From the human T2T-CHM13v2.0 reference genome, Homo sapiens, in the NCBI RefSeq assembly GCF_009914755.1, contig NC_060930.1: DNA of 64,000 nucleotides; one strand, written 5' to 3'. A model generated the notes under the pieces. The model made no database searches, was not told the DNA's origin, and saw only the letters and a program-made list of their open reading frames with translations. This document shows, one piece after another, positions 1-14,488 of this stretch; position 1 is the first letter of the stretch; each line of letters starts with the position of its first letter. Both the position numbers and the translations under genes were made by a program.

Positions 1-11
1 AAAAAATAGAA

Positions 12-13
<2 letters not shown>

Positions 14-55
<42 letters not shown>
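14..55 (+). repeat. (CA)21 microsatellite
   Basis: Direct count. Confidence 0.97.
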
Positions 56-58
<3 letters not shown>

Positions 59-59
59 T

Positions 60-470
60 GGCTTCTTCAAAAGCAGGGCCTGAGAAAAAGACTTGCAGGC
101 AAGTAGTTTATTTGGGAGATGGTTCCTGAGGGCAGAAGTGATGAGAGAGAGGGAAGGAAGAAAACTTAATACAAGATTATGCCATCAAAGTCATTGCTAT
201 AAGCAATGGAGGCTTAATTTCCATGGTACCTCGTAAAATACATACATAGTGTCTACCAGAATTGTCTATCCAAAATAATTCCACCACACTGGAGCTATGT
301 ATGTGCTGGGACCAGCAGGCTCCAGAGAGGATGAGGTGCTATTAGCAATAAGTGAATGGAAGCACACACAAAACTGTTTACACCTGTGTAAATAGTTGTA
401 AACCTGTATTTACAACTGTGGCAGCTGGAATCAGAGGTGTGACCAAGGTGATGGGAGACAGGGCACAATA
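60..470. mobile_element. Old MaLR (MLT1-like) LTR
   Basis: aagcagggcctgaga...caagtagtttatttgggag motif typical of MLT1; boundaries rough. Confidence 0.55.
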
Positions 471-597
471 TAAACAATAAAGGGAAAAACTTCCACGAAA
501 TAAAGAACCAAATCTAAATTGTGGTACACTACTGCTATGGCACACCACTCAGCAATAAAATCAAAGAACTAGACCTCCATGCATCATTGTGGATAAA

Positions 598-877
598 TTT
601 TTTTTTTTTTTGAGATGGAGTTTCGCTTTTGTCACCCAGGCTAGAGGGCAATGGTGTGATCGCTCACTGCAACCTCTGCCTCCTGGGTTCAAGGAATTCT
701 CCTGCTTCAGCCTGGGATTACAGGCACCCACCATGCCCAGCTAATTTTTGTATTTTTAGCAGAGACAGGGTTTCACCATGTTGGCCAGACTAGTCTCGAA
801 CTCCTGACCTCAAGTGATCCACCCGCCTCGGCCTCCCAAAGTGCTGGGATTACAGGCGTGAGCCACCGCGCCCGGCC
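598..877 (-). mobile_element. AluS
   Basis: T tail plus Alu body ending cccggcc. Confidence 0.9.
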
Positions 878-1439
878 AACACAAATTTCAAGATAGACAT
901 TACCTATTGTGTAAGGTAAGAGTTTGCCAGAGATGGGTACTCTCGGGAATTTAAAAGTATTTGTAATATTTTATTTTCGAAGCTGGGTGTGGGGCATATA
1001 AGTATTAACTATATTCTTTTCTATGATTAACATATTTCAATTAAAAAAGAGAAACTGAATCTACATATCAAGATAAATTATATCAAGAAAATATACAGAA
1101 AATTCAACACAGATGTATGCTGGATAAGTTGCTAAATTTTGAAAATAAAGCACCCAATCAAGAAAACTCCATGGGAAATGAAATAAATGTACTTTACTTT
1201 GTAGTCACATTAAATCACAAAGATCATGATCTGGTCAAAGCAGATAATTTAACGGTGATATTATATAGGAATAGATTCATTCGATAAAGAAGTTGCAAAG
1301 TAGTGTGTTTCACCTGCTCAGTTGTTGTTTTTTAATTTGAATTAATTGACAACACAGGAAGATTGGAAAATTTTACAATTACACTGGGATTGCCCTACGC
1401 ATTTGCATCCATGGTATCAGAAGAAAAAATGTGAGATAA

Positions 1440-1805
<366 letters not shown>

Positions 1806-2302
1806 TAAACATGGTAATTTTCTAAAGATTAAGCCTCCTTTTGATATTTCTAGGATTACTTTTTCTGAGAAGTCATAATTTCTTAAATACAGCCAATTAA
1901 GCCATATATCAGGAAAAAGATTGGTGGTAAGCATCTTATCTGGTTCAACATAAAATGAACAGTAGAGGTTGTGCAGATATGGTTACTAAACAGACTATAA
2001 ATGTTATAAACTTTGAGTGAGAAAGTTACCCAACATAAATTGGTAAAGGTGGAAGAAAATTATATCATTTGTGAGAGTGCCAATGTCTTCATCCCTTATG
2101 GTAGACGGTGATGCTGTCTAAATTTGAAACATGAAGATCTTTTTGTAAAAACACTACGAATTGTAATGTTTTTCACAATTTCTTTTCTTACTGTAAAAAC
2201 CTCATTTAGGAAATACATCAATAATTTTTTGAACTGCACTTTGGTTTTTCACTGAATTCAAACAAAACTACTTTTAACATTTTTATTTAAAACAGCATTT
2301 CA

Positions 2303-2454
2303 GGCCAAGCGCGGTGGCTCATGCCTGTAATCCGAATACTTTGGGAGGTCGAGGTGCAGGATCACTTGAGGCCAGAAGTTCGAGACCAGCCTGGGGCAAC
2401 ATAGCGAGACCCCCCCCCCCGCCATCTCTATTTAAAAATAAAAATAATAAAAAC
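2303..2454 (+). mobile_element. FLAM (Alu monomer)
   Basis: Left monomer plus A tail; TSD AAAACAGCATTTCA. Confidence 0.88.
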
Positions 2455-2977
2455 AAAACAGCATTTCAGTAATGAGCACATGAGGAATAATAGTACTATT
2501 TTACTTTTCAATATGTTGGACATTTTTCCATTGTAAAACTTAAAAATAACACTCTGAAAATAAAAACTCATTATAATACAGCCTGGATTTTGTAAAAAGC
2601 ATATTTATCCAGTTTTCCTTCCTATTTTCCTTCCTTTTTTCTGCCTGTATATCTGCATAGAAATATACCTAAAAATAAAAGTCAGTGTTGATGATTTATG
2701 GGGTAGTTTAAAAAATTCTTTGCATCCTTTTGTATTGCTTAATTATTTAAAATGAGCAGGCATTATTTTGCAAAAATGAGAACTTTTCGCTTACCAACCA
2801 CAACTTTATAAAAGTATGTTTAAGGAATTCCTGTTGAATGTTAAGCAGTATGGCTCAGACACGTACTGTTTACTAACTCCACATGGTGCTAAGCCTAGGA
2901 TGGTGGTGAGGCGGGGAGAGGTATTCAAAATACCCCACCCTGAGATATTCTAAAATAACATAATAATGACTAATATT

Positions 2978-3295
<318 letters not shown>

Positions 3296-3985
3296 TTACT
3301 GATACTGAATACATACAATATACCAAACACAATTCTCAGCACTCCATATGTATTAATACCTTGCATCCTGATGACACATCTATACGGTAGCTAAATAATT
3401 TTCCAGATTTTACAGACGAGGTGAAGAAAACTTAAAAATCTATCAGAGGAGAAGCTGGATTTAAACCTGAGTCTTCCATGGTCAATGTTCTTAGTCACTA
3501 CACCAGCAGTTCCAATACTTTGCCGTATATGGGAATGACCACCGGAAATCTTCAGGAAAACCCGCCTGGCTCCCATGTGCAAATATTTTGATTTAATTAG
3601 TACAACGTGGGCTCTGGGCAGAAGGATGTAAAACATTCCCCAGGTGATCTAATGTGCAGAGAGACCACTGTACTACACCTTTCTGCCCCTGGGTAGCCGT
3701 TCGGTAGTGGTTATCAAGCTCGGATGAACATCTGAATCACCTGATAATTTTTATAACTTCTAGGCCGATGCCCAACCTCAGGCTAAAGGGCCTGGGCTTA
3801 AGCAGTTTTAAATGCTTCTCAGGTGATTCAAGTCTGCAGCTAGTGTTTAAGAACCACGGCTTAGGGAGAGAGCAGTTGCCTCCCATTTTAACAATGCCCA
3901 AAGTAGTGAATGTTTTTAATTAGAGGTTTATCTTTCTCTCAAATGGGTGCAGCATAAAAAAAAAAGAGAGAGAGAGAGAAAATAA

Positions 3986-4340
<355 letters not shown>

Positions 4341-4796
4341 TTGGAGCATGGTTTTAAGTTCACTTGTATTCTCACAGGTTTAGAATTATTCTGGGAGTAA
4401 TACGACTTTCTTCAACTGTCTCTGAGATTGGATTTGGAGCTTTCTTGGATCAGAATGTGACCAATGGGTTTGCTTAGCTTCAGGGTTTATTTTCTTTTGC
4501 TCCCTTCGGGTAGGGCTGTTTCACCTGGCATTGGGCTTCATCTAGGACTAGCACAAGCGAAAAGAAGGTCTACTGATAACTATCTTCTTTAGGCCTCAAA
4601 GTAATAAAAGTTTCACAGAATAAAATATCCTAAAAAGGTTACACAATGCGAACCAAATAATAAAAGACTGACAGTAAACCTGAAAATTTTAACAGAGAAA
4701 TAACATCCACAAAATTAGGCACAGTCCTTGAGAAATAAACTAAACAACACATTGAATGAGGAGCAAATCTGAGGTTGAAAGCAAGAAGCACTTCTT

Positions 4797-4908
4797 GCCA
4801 GGTGCAGTTGCTCATGCCTGTAATTCCAGCACTTTGGGAGGTTGAGGCGGGTGGATTACCTGAGGTCAGGAATTTGAGAGTGAAACCCTGTCTCAAAAAA
4901 AAAAAAAA
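4797..4908 (+). mobile_element. Internally deleted Alu
   Basis: Left-arm start joined directly to the Alu 3' end and A14. Confidence 0.8.
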
Positions 4909-4912
4909 GGAC

Positions 4913-5061
4913 TTTTTTTTATTTTTCAGATTTTTGTAGAGATGAAGTCTCACTATATCTCAGTATATTGCCCAGGGTGGTCTCGAACTGGACTCAAGCA
5001 ATCCTCCCACCTCAGCCTCCCAAAGCGCTGAAATTACAGACATTGGCCACTGCACCTGGCC
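4913..5061 (-). mobile_element. FLAM/AluJ monomer
   Basis: Antisense left monomer ending ctggcc. Confidence 0.82.
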
Positions 5062-5906
5062 TTTTATTTATTTATTTATTTGCTTACTTATTTTTAAGAG
5101 GAAGCACTTAAGGGAATATCAAGTGAAAATTCACAACTGCCAGATCTCGTTTGAGAACCTAAGATCAGAGATTCTAATATGTAATATAAGAATGGCTAAT
5201 ATGTAGTGAGTGCTTACAATGTACCAAGCACAATTCTAAACTTTAGATTTAGGAACCTAGTATCAGAGATTCTAATATAATAGAATCTTTGGCTCCAGAG
5301 CATTCACTAGGAAAGCACATCAATCAATTAGCTTGTCAGCAGTCCTCAACCATTTATTTTTCTGATACAATGGCAAATATGATTCTTACCGCTAGTACTC
5401 AGATAACTGAGCACAAAGTCAAAAAATATTCTCAGTCTGGCTCTAGATAGGTACTAAATTCAGCTAGGAGCTAAACTTGCCAGGTTCAGGATCAAAATCT
5501 GTGAAAATTGCATAAAAACCTAATTTTGCTAATGAAAAAGGGATCCATATCTTTAGCAACCAGACATTCAGGTGGCAAAACTGACATCATCTTATGAAGA
5601 TTAGCTCTGTATTTTTATCCACATTAACATAATCTATAGGCCATGAGTCTAAAAAGGCAATTACCCCAGTTGTTCCTCACTTCTGATTCTCCAACACTAC
5701 CAAGTCAGGCACTGTAGGTTTGCCACCAAGACCAGTGCAGAAGCCCTCCCAAATTTGCAGAAATTTTCCTCAGGAACAGGTCTGCATTAGTTTCAAGACA
5801 CAAACAAGAAGCAAACAAAGTAAGAATTAAAACTTTGGGGCTTAGAAGAGAATATCCCAAACAATTTGGAAGGCAAATTATGACTATAATAAATTTAGCA
5901 TGGTTC

Positions 5907-6878
5907 TTTTTAAAAATTAAGTTCCGGGGTACATGTGCAGGATGTGCAGGTTACATAGACAAATGTGTGCCATGGTGGTTTGCTGCACCTATCAACCCAT
6001 CACCTAGGTATTAAGCACCACAAGCATTAGCTATTTTTCCTAAAGCTCTCACTCTTCCCACCCCACCCCCAACAAACGCTGGTGTGTGTTCTTCCCCTCC
6101 CCATGGCCATGTGTTCTCATTGTTCAGCTCACACTTACAAGTGACAATGTGCAGTGTTTGGTTTTTTGTTCCTGCATTAGTTTGCTGAGAATAATGGTTT
6201 CTGGCTCCATTCATGTCCCTGCAAAGGACATGATCTCGTTCCTTTTTACGGTTGCACAGTATTCCATGGTGTATATGTACCAACCACATTTTCTTTATCC
6301 AGTCTATCATTGATGGGCATTTGGGTTGATTCCATGTCTTTGCTATTGTGAATAGTGCTGCAGTGAACATCCACATGCATGTATCTTTGTAGCAGAATGA
6401 TTTATATTCCTTTGGGTATATACCCTGCAATGGGATTGCTGGGCCAGATGATATTTCTGGTACTAGATCTTTGAGGAACCATGACACTGTCTTCCACAAT
6501 GGCTGAACTAATTTACATTTCCACCAACAGTGTAAAAGTGTTCCTATTTCTCCACAATCTCACCAGCATCTGTTGTTTCTTGATTTTTTAATGATCACCA
6601 TTCTGACTGGCATGAGATGGTATCTCATTGTGGTTTTGATTTACAGTTCTCTAACGATCAGTGATGTTGAGCTTTTTTTCGAATGTTTGTGGCCACATAA
6701 ATGTCTTCTTCTGAGAAGTGTCTGTTCATGTCCTTTGCCCACTTTTTAATGGGGTTGTTTTAAGTTCCTTGTAGGTTCTGGATATTAGACCTTTGTCAGA
6801 TAGATTGTGAAAATTCTATGCTACTCTGTAGGTTGCCTGTTTGCTCTGATGATAGTTTTTTTGTTTGTTTTTTGCTGT
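5907..6878 (-). mobile_element. 5'-truncated L1PA 3' end
   Basis: L1 3'UTR motifs; ORF 6011..6499 is the ORF2 C-terminus; flanks agcatggtt/agtatggtt. Confidence 0.92.
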
Positions 6879-7607
6879 AGTATGGTTATTATTATACAAC
6901 TTGTGCTTCTAAGCAGAATGGAATGCTGGTGGGTCTGTGAGAATAGATTGGAAGCAAAGAACAGTACAAACGTAGATAATTCAGTCAGTCCTGCTGTTTA
7001 CCTTAATGTGGATGAATATCTGCCCAACATACATATTGCACCTCAGGACTAAATGACAACAATTAGACAACTAGTTTAATTGCTTCTTGAGGCCACACCT
7101 GAAATTTGATAATAAACTCATCAGCAGAGTCAAGAAAGCAGGTCTTCCTGCTCACCATTAGCAGGGTAGCTCCTCTATCAAGCTATGCAGATGTAAGTTA
7201 ATAACGAGAGCGTAAAGCTACTTAAAATGTACCAGTTACAAGAAACTAAATGCAATTTGTGATCCTATATGGGGAAAAAAATCAACAAGACTGGAATATG
7301 GACTGTAAGTTAAAGCATTTTATCAATATTATATGAATCTGATAACTGTACTATGGTCATGTAAAACAAGCCTTGTTCTTAGGAAATAAACAATTACATA
7401 TTAAGAGGTAAAGGAGCATTATGTATGAAACCTACTCTCAAATGACACAGGAAAAAGTTATACAGAACGATGAAGGAAATGTGGCAAAATGTTAATAACT
7501 GCTGAATCTAGATAAAGAGGATATGGAGTTGTTGGTACTATTATCACAACTTTTTATAAGTCTGAAATTATTTCAAAATTAAAAGTATACAAAATTAAAA
7601 TGAACTA

Positions 7608-7908
<301 letters not shown>

Positions 7909-8935
7909 AGAACCAGCTGAATTTAAGTTTAATGAGCAAAATGAAAAGCAAGTAAGAAAGGGAGACAAATCTACATTCCATCATTATTTCGGAGCCAGAC
8001 ACGTACTGGCCATTTTACAAATTTAACTCTACATATAGAATACAAAGAATTCTGGCTTTGAGGCAAATAGCTAGGTTAGTAGTTCAACTCTAGAATTTTA
8101 TAGCTGAGTGACCTTAGGTTATTCCTTTCATGTTCCTGAATCTCAGTGTCCTTTTCTGTAAAATAAGGATACAATACAAATAGCAATGGCATGACTGAGA
8201 TGATGAAATGAAAATTTCAAGTACTGTACATTGTATGTGTACCACTAAGCACAATATACCACTGTGCTTAGTGTTGAGCGACAAATCCTCGTGGGACTCC
8301 AACATTTCTGCGTATGTAAACAAGACACAAATTGCCTTTGTTCTGGACTATCTTTCAAGGATACAGATTTGTAAGATAAAGATGGTTCCTCACTCCAGAG
8401 CAAAGGGCAGGCATGCTTACTGCCCATTATAAAAGACTCAAGGTTTCTCTCCTGTAACACAGTACACAGCTTATATAGAGGTATTATCTTCACATTGCGG
8501 CATGGGAAGAAAAAGAACTTGGGAAATTGACACACAAAATATGTTGATACTGTGGCTACTGCTATTGCTATGAATAGTAAAATCCTTTTCCCTCATTCAG
8601 GGGTCTGATGTTTTCTGCTACCATCCATGGAACAGTGGTAGAAACTTAAGAGGGTAAAATCACAGACCCTTTGCAACTCCTGACATTAAGCACTGTTATC
8701 TTTATCTCATTACATTTTATTAATAGCCCTATAAAGCAAAGCAAAATACGGCACCGTACAAGTGAGGTATCCCATAAATAGTAGTTATTATAATCTTCAA
8801 CATCATTATTAATCCTTGCAGCAATCCTGTAAACTTGGAATCAAAACCATCATCTTACAGCTGACTTGCCAAGAGTTAGTTACACAAATAGTGAAGCTAG
8901 AATTCTAATCCTTCCCACCATTATTAAGTGCTCCA

Positions 8936-9428
8936 TGGTAAGCAGGTCTATACAAATCTACCCTCAAAAGACTGAGGATGCTGAGAGACTGAAGAAAGCA
9001 GCTGACAAACCCAGCTTCTCAGAAAGAAACATTTAATATGGATTTATGAACAGAAGTCATATCTCAGGAAGCTAAGAGACAAGATGATGAATCCTTGTGC
9101 AGTTATCTACCCCAAGACCCAGGGCTTCTCTATGGTATATACCATAGAGAAGGGGTAACCATGCTTCAGAAGGGATGTCTAAGACAACCGAAGTCAACCC
9201 CTTAGAAAAAATCAAGAATGCTATGTCATAGCCTATCATTTGCTTAAGGGCAAGAATTATAAATCCTGTCCTTAAGTACTATAAACAGTAAATAAAATAG
9301 AAATCCTGCCCTTAAGTACTATAAACAGTAGATAAAATAGAAATCTTACAGGTATTCCTGGAACTGGGGATAATCAAAAGTCAACATGGCAGATTAGCAT
9401 CCAAGATGGAGTTCCTTTAGCCACCACA
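8936..9428 (-). mobile_element. Solo ERV LTR (family uncertain)
   Basis: Minus strand begins TGTGGTGGCTAAAGGAACTCCATCTTGG, an LTR-like start; contains a 40-bp tandem duplication. Confidence 0.55.
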
Positions 9429-9752
9429 CCACGTCATCTCCATAGATTTAAAATTATGAACTCATTCAGTGAAGCTGCATATTTTATATGAGATCACAAC
9501 AGAGATACTCAGGTATTCATTCTTCAAATACACATTAAACACTTATGTTTCGGGCACTTTGCTGGTGCTGAGGAAATAAGAGTGAATAAGACATGTTCTG
9601 TCTTCATGAAGCTTATAGAGGAAACAGACACTAAAACAAGTAAAACAAAACAATTACTCTTATTATTGTCATCATAGAAGCAAACAAGGGACTAAGAGAA
9701 CTAGAGGACACACTTTTCAAATTATAGGTTGCCAGTTAGAAATAAATTCCTT

Positions 9753-10158
<406 letters not shown>

Positions 10159-11068
10159 TCATCGTGCATAAAGAGTGATAGTATAAAATGCATTTCTTTT
10201 AGGCACAAGGAATAATCTACGCAATGGGAATGGAAAGACCCTGCTATGTTAGAAAAACAAATTAACATTGTAGCTAGGTTCCTACAAAAATGATAGAATG
10301 GGGCATGAATGGAAGTTGAAGAAGTTAAGGTTCTGGTAGAGACTCGTGCAACAAAGAAAGATAAGTGATATGATTTGATTCACAATTTAGATGTCACCTT
10401 TCTTGATACATGGAGAATGAACTGGAGGGAGGGCAAGAATGGAAACAAACACCCCATCAGAAGGCTGTTGTAAGCAGTCAATATAGGTGATAATGGGGGC
10501 TTGGTGTGGAATAGAGAAAGGAGAGGGGGAGGCAGCAGCAATAGTGTAGATGGATTCAAGATATAAAGATAAAATCAACAGGACTTGCTGAAGAAAGGAA
10601 TCCAAATATTGTGATTCTATGTACATATCATGCTTTCCAGATGTCTGTGTCTATGCACATCCTCCTCTTGCAATACCTGACCTCTCCCCAAGCTCTCACT
10701 CTATTTACTTGGCACACTCCTACCCATATCCCTTTCAAAACTGAGACCTAACATCACCTTTCTACAAAACTTTGTCTGACCCTTAGGAGCTTTCAAGTTC
10801 CCTTGGCACTTTGCACATGCTTCTAATACAGTGATTACAGGCTGCAATGCAATTACCGGTTTACATCGTTTTCCAAGCATGTCTGAGGCCATTTCAGGGC
10901 AGAAACTATTTTCCGTTCACTTTTAGCCTTGGGACTGATGACAGTGCTTAGAAAACTGTCGACTAATTAATCAAAGTTAGCTAAATGCATTTGCCATTGC
11001 ACGTTACACATTCCTTCATTCCTAAACTATTATAGCAAAACGATGCTCATTCGCAAAGGTATTAAATA

Positions 11069-11185
11069 CAGGCTGGGTATCCTTGGGACCACAAGTGTTT
11101 CAACTTTTGAATTTTTTCAGATTTTGGAATATTGGCTTTATACTTACCTGTTGAGCATCCCTAAACTGAAAATCTGTGGGGTTGG

Positions 11186-11216
<31 letters not shown>

Positions 11217-11631
11217 TTTTTTGAGACAGGGTCTTGCTTTACCACCCACGCTGGAGTTCAGTGGCACAATCTTGGCTCATTGCAACCTCCACCTCTCAGG
11301 TTCAAGTGATCCTTCCACCTCAGCCTCCCAAGTATCTGGGATTACAGGAGGGTGCCACCATGCCCAACTAATTTTCTAATTAGTTTCCCAGGCTGGTCTT
11401 GAACTCTTGGGCTCAAGTGATCTGCCTGTCTCAGTCTCTCCAAGTGCTGGGGTTATAGGCATGAGCCACCATACCCAGCTCCTAATCTGAAAATCTGGAA
11501 TTCTCCAATGAACATTTCCAATTTCCAATTGAGCTCCAATGAACTCAATGAACATTGAGTCTCATGTCAGCACTCAAAAAGTTTCAAATTTTGGAGCATT
11601 TCAGATTTCCAGCTTAGGGATGCTCAAACTG
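11069..11631. mobile_element. Tigger4/MER46-type DNA transposon interrupted by an AluJ
   Basis: TA|CAGGCTGGGTATCC ... GATGCTCAAACTG|TA terminal inverted repeats with TA TSD. Confidence 0.8.
11186..11480 (-). mobile_element. AluJ inside MER46
   Basis: (TTTA)n tail; flanked by repeated cctaa(a/t)ctgaaaatctg. Confidence 0.87.
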
Positions 11632-12072
11632 TACTGAACATGTTTTTTCTTTGCTCTTTTTTCCCCATGTCCTAACGTATTGAAAATATTATTATTTATC
11701 CTCAAGTTTCAGATCATTCCCCAATGACTCTATATTCAGAGAAATACATATATATCTGCATAATTTACACTGCTGTATAAATCCATTAGATTCTGTTCAA
11801 TGATTGGACTGTGCTTCTTGCTTTCACAAAGAGCACAGTATATAGGAAAGATCTAATTTTAAAGTTAGAGTTCTGTTCATAAACCAACTCTACAATGTAT
11901 TGATGATGTGGCTTTGGGTAAGTTATTTAATCTCTGTGGATCTCAACTGACTCAATTATATAATAAGGTTAATACTTCTATATCACAGGGTTGCCATGAG
12001 CTTAAATGTGAATGTGTAGTAACTAGCACAAATATATACTCAATATATTAGTTCTTGTTTCTCCAACTTATC

Positions 12073-12409
<337 letters not shown>

Positions 12410-12661
12410 TAAACAAAATTTGTTTCTCATCATGGCACTATCTTTACTTAAGGGCTAAGAATGGAAAACGTCCACCCTTACACACAGCTTAGATACTAAG
12501 GTCCAAAACTACCTTCCCTGATATGGTTTACTGTCTACATTAACATGAATTTATTATTTTTTGTCTTCATTAGCATAACTTTACTGTTCTAGAAGACTTC
12601 TGCCCAAATAACTTAATCATTCATTATAAGAACTTCATGAGAAATCTATTAGCTTTTCACG

Positions 12662-13046
<385 letters not shown>

Positions 13047-13525
13047 TAAACCGCTGTATCAGATCAGAGTCCAACCCTAATCAAGCCATCTTCCTCCAAC
13101 ACCCTCCTACCCTCTCCCTCTGAAAGACCAGCCTTAAGCCATACCCATCAGTAAAATCTGACCTTGCTTTCCCAGTTTAATACACTACCAAAGCTCTCAG
13201 TGGTGTTCTTCCTTATCCCAGTGAGCAGTAAATTCAGCTGTCTTAACAAAATGTCATGTTGGTGATATTTGGCGAATTATCACCGGACAGGGCAGTACAT
13301 CTATAAACATAAAGACAAGGCAGAGGGATTTCCCCACAAATGTCTAGAAATACTGTAAAAATGAGCCAAGATAAATTATACACCAGGCTAATTACGTCCA
13401 CTAGTACATCCATTAATCAGAAGGAAATGGGTTAGCCAAGACCACAATAGAAAGTTTCCTTGCAAGGGTGGCCAATGAGTCTTAAAAATTCTTTTTGATT
13501 AATTCCACATTTATACTGCAATTTT

Positions 13526-13665
13526 GCCCAGCGCGGTGGCTCAGGCCTGTAATCCCGGCTCTTAGGGAAGCAGAGGAGGGAGGACAGCTTGAGCCCAGGA
13601 GTTTGAGGCCTGCCTGGGCAATACGGCGAGACCCCGTTCTCCACAAAAAGGAAAAACAAAACAAA
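13526..13665 (+). mobile_element. FLAM
   Basis: CpG-retaining monomer; TSD ata(c/t)tgcaatttt. Confidence 0.82.
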
Positions 13666-14217
13666 GCAATTATATTGCAATTTTGTAAGCCCTTCCTCAC
13701 AACAGAGCTGTTCAAATACGACCCTGAACCAAGAAAAACTGAGTCTCAGATAGCTCTTATATCTTTGGGCGTTACCAAAAACAATTCTAGGGTAGGCTGC
13801 CTAAGTGACTGCAAGAGAAATAAGCAGCTTTAAAATGAGGTCCTTCTGAAGAACAATCCAGATCCATCATCAATGTCACTAAAGTGTAAAGAACACTAAC
13901 TTCTATGGGGTCTAATCATGGTCTAATGACTTGCCGCCACCCAGGTAAAGCATTCATAGCTGTGGGGTGGGAAGGAGAGAAGAAAGCACCAGGTACCTTT
14001 CAAAGTTTACTTTTCACCGAGACAAACTGATCCCAGCCGACGCTCCACAGGACTTCTGAAGCTCCACCAGCTCCAGAGAAGGGGGAGGAGGTGGTAGAAA
14101 CTAACAGGATTCCGTGGGACCCACCCTCCAGCTGACTGAGGACTGGCCCGCAGCGGTGAAAGGCCTTTGGGGTCCCTAGCTCCTCAGGGACTCCTCTGCG
14201 CGCTCCGGGATCCATAC

Positions 14218-14253
14218 CTGGCAAGCAATAGCGCGGCGAAAGCCGCACGCCAT
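14218..14253 (-). CDS. RARS2: RARS2 (mitochondrial arginyl-tRNA synthetase) coding exon 1
   Basis: Minus strand reads ATG GCG TGC GGC TTT CGC CGC GCT ATT GCT TGC CAG|gtatgg = MACGFRRAIACQ, the recognised RARS2 N-terminus. Strong Kozak (GACATGG), phase-0 GT donor. Intron 1 runs off the left edge. Confidence 0.96.
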
Positions 14254-14464
14254 GTCCACCTCTACGGAAGTGCGCCGCAGTCCGCCAGTTCCGGCCTCGC
14301 CCCACCTCCTTATACGACCCGCCTCCCCGCGCCGGAAACCCGCCCCGGAGGGTGATGCCAGCCAATCAAGGAGCCGTGTGGCTCGCCACTAACCTCTGCC
14401 CTGCAGCCGCGAGGGCGCGCGGGAAATCCCGAGTGCATCTGGAATACGCAGAGTCAGTAAGACC

Positions 14465-14488
14465 ATGGCTACGTCCTCGATGTCTAAG
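14465..14488 (+). CDS. ORC3: ORC3 exon 1 (MATSSMSK)
   Basis: ACCATGG Kozak; AAG|gtatgt donor; recognised ORC3 N-terminus. Confidence 0.97.

Noticed and set aside
2795-2830. 36-nt in-frame exon-like segment on the minus strand (EFLKHTFIKLWL, |gtaagc donor) in RARS2 intron 1
   Set aside because: The acceptor lacks a pyrimidine tract; likely a chance match.
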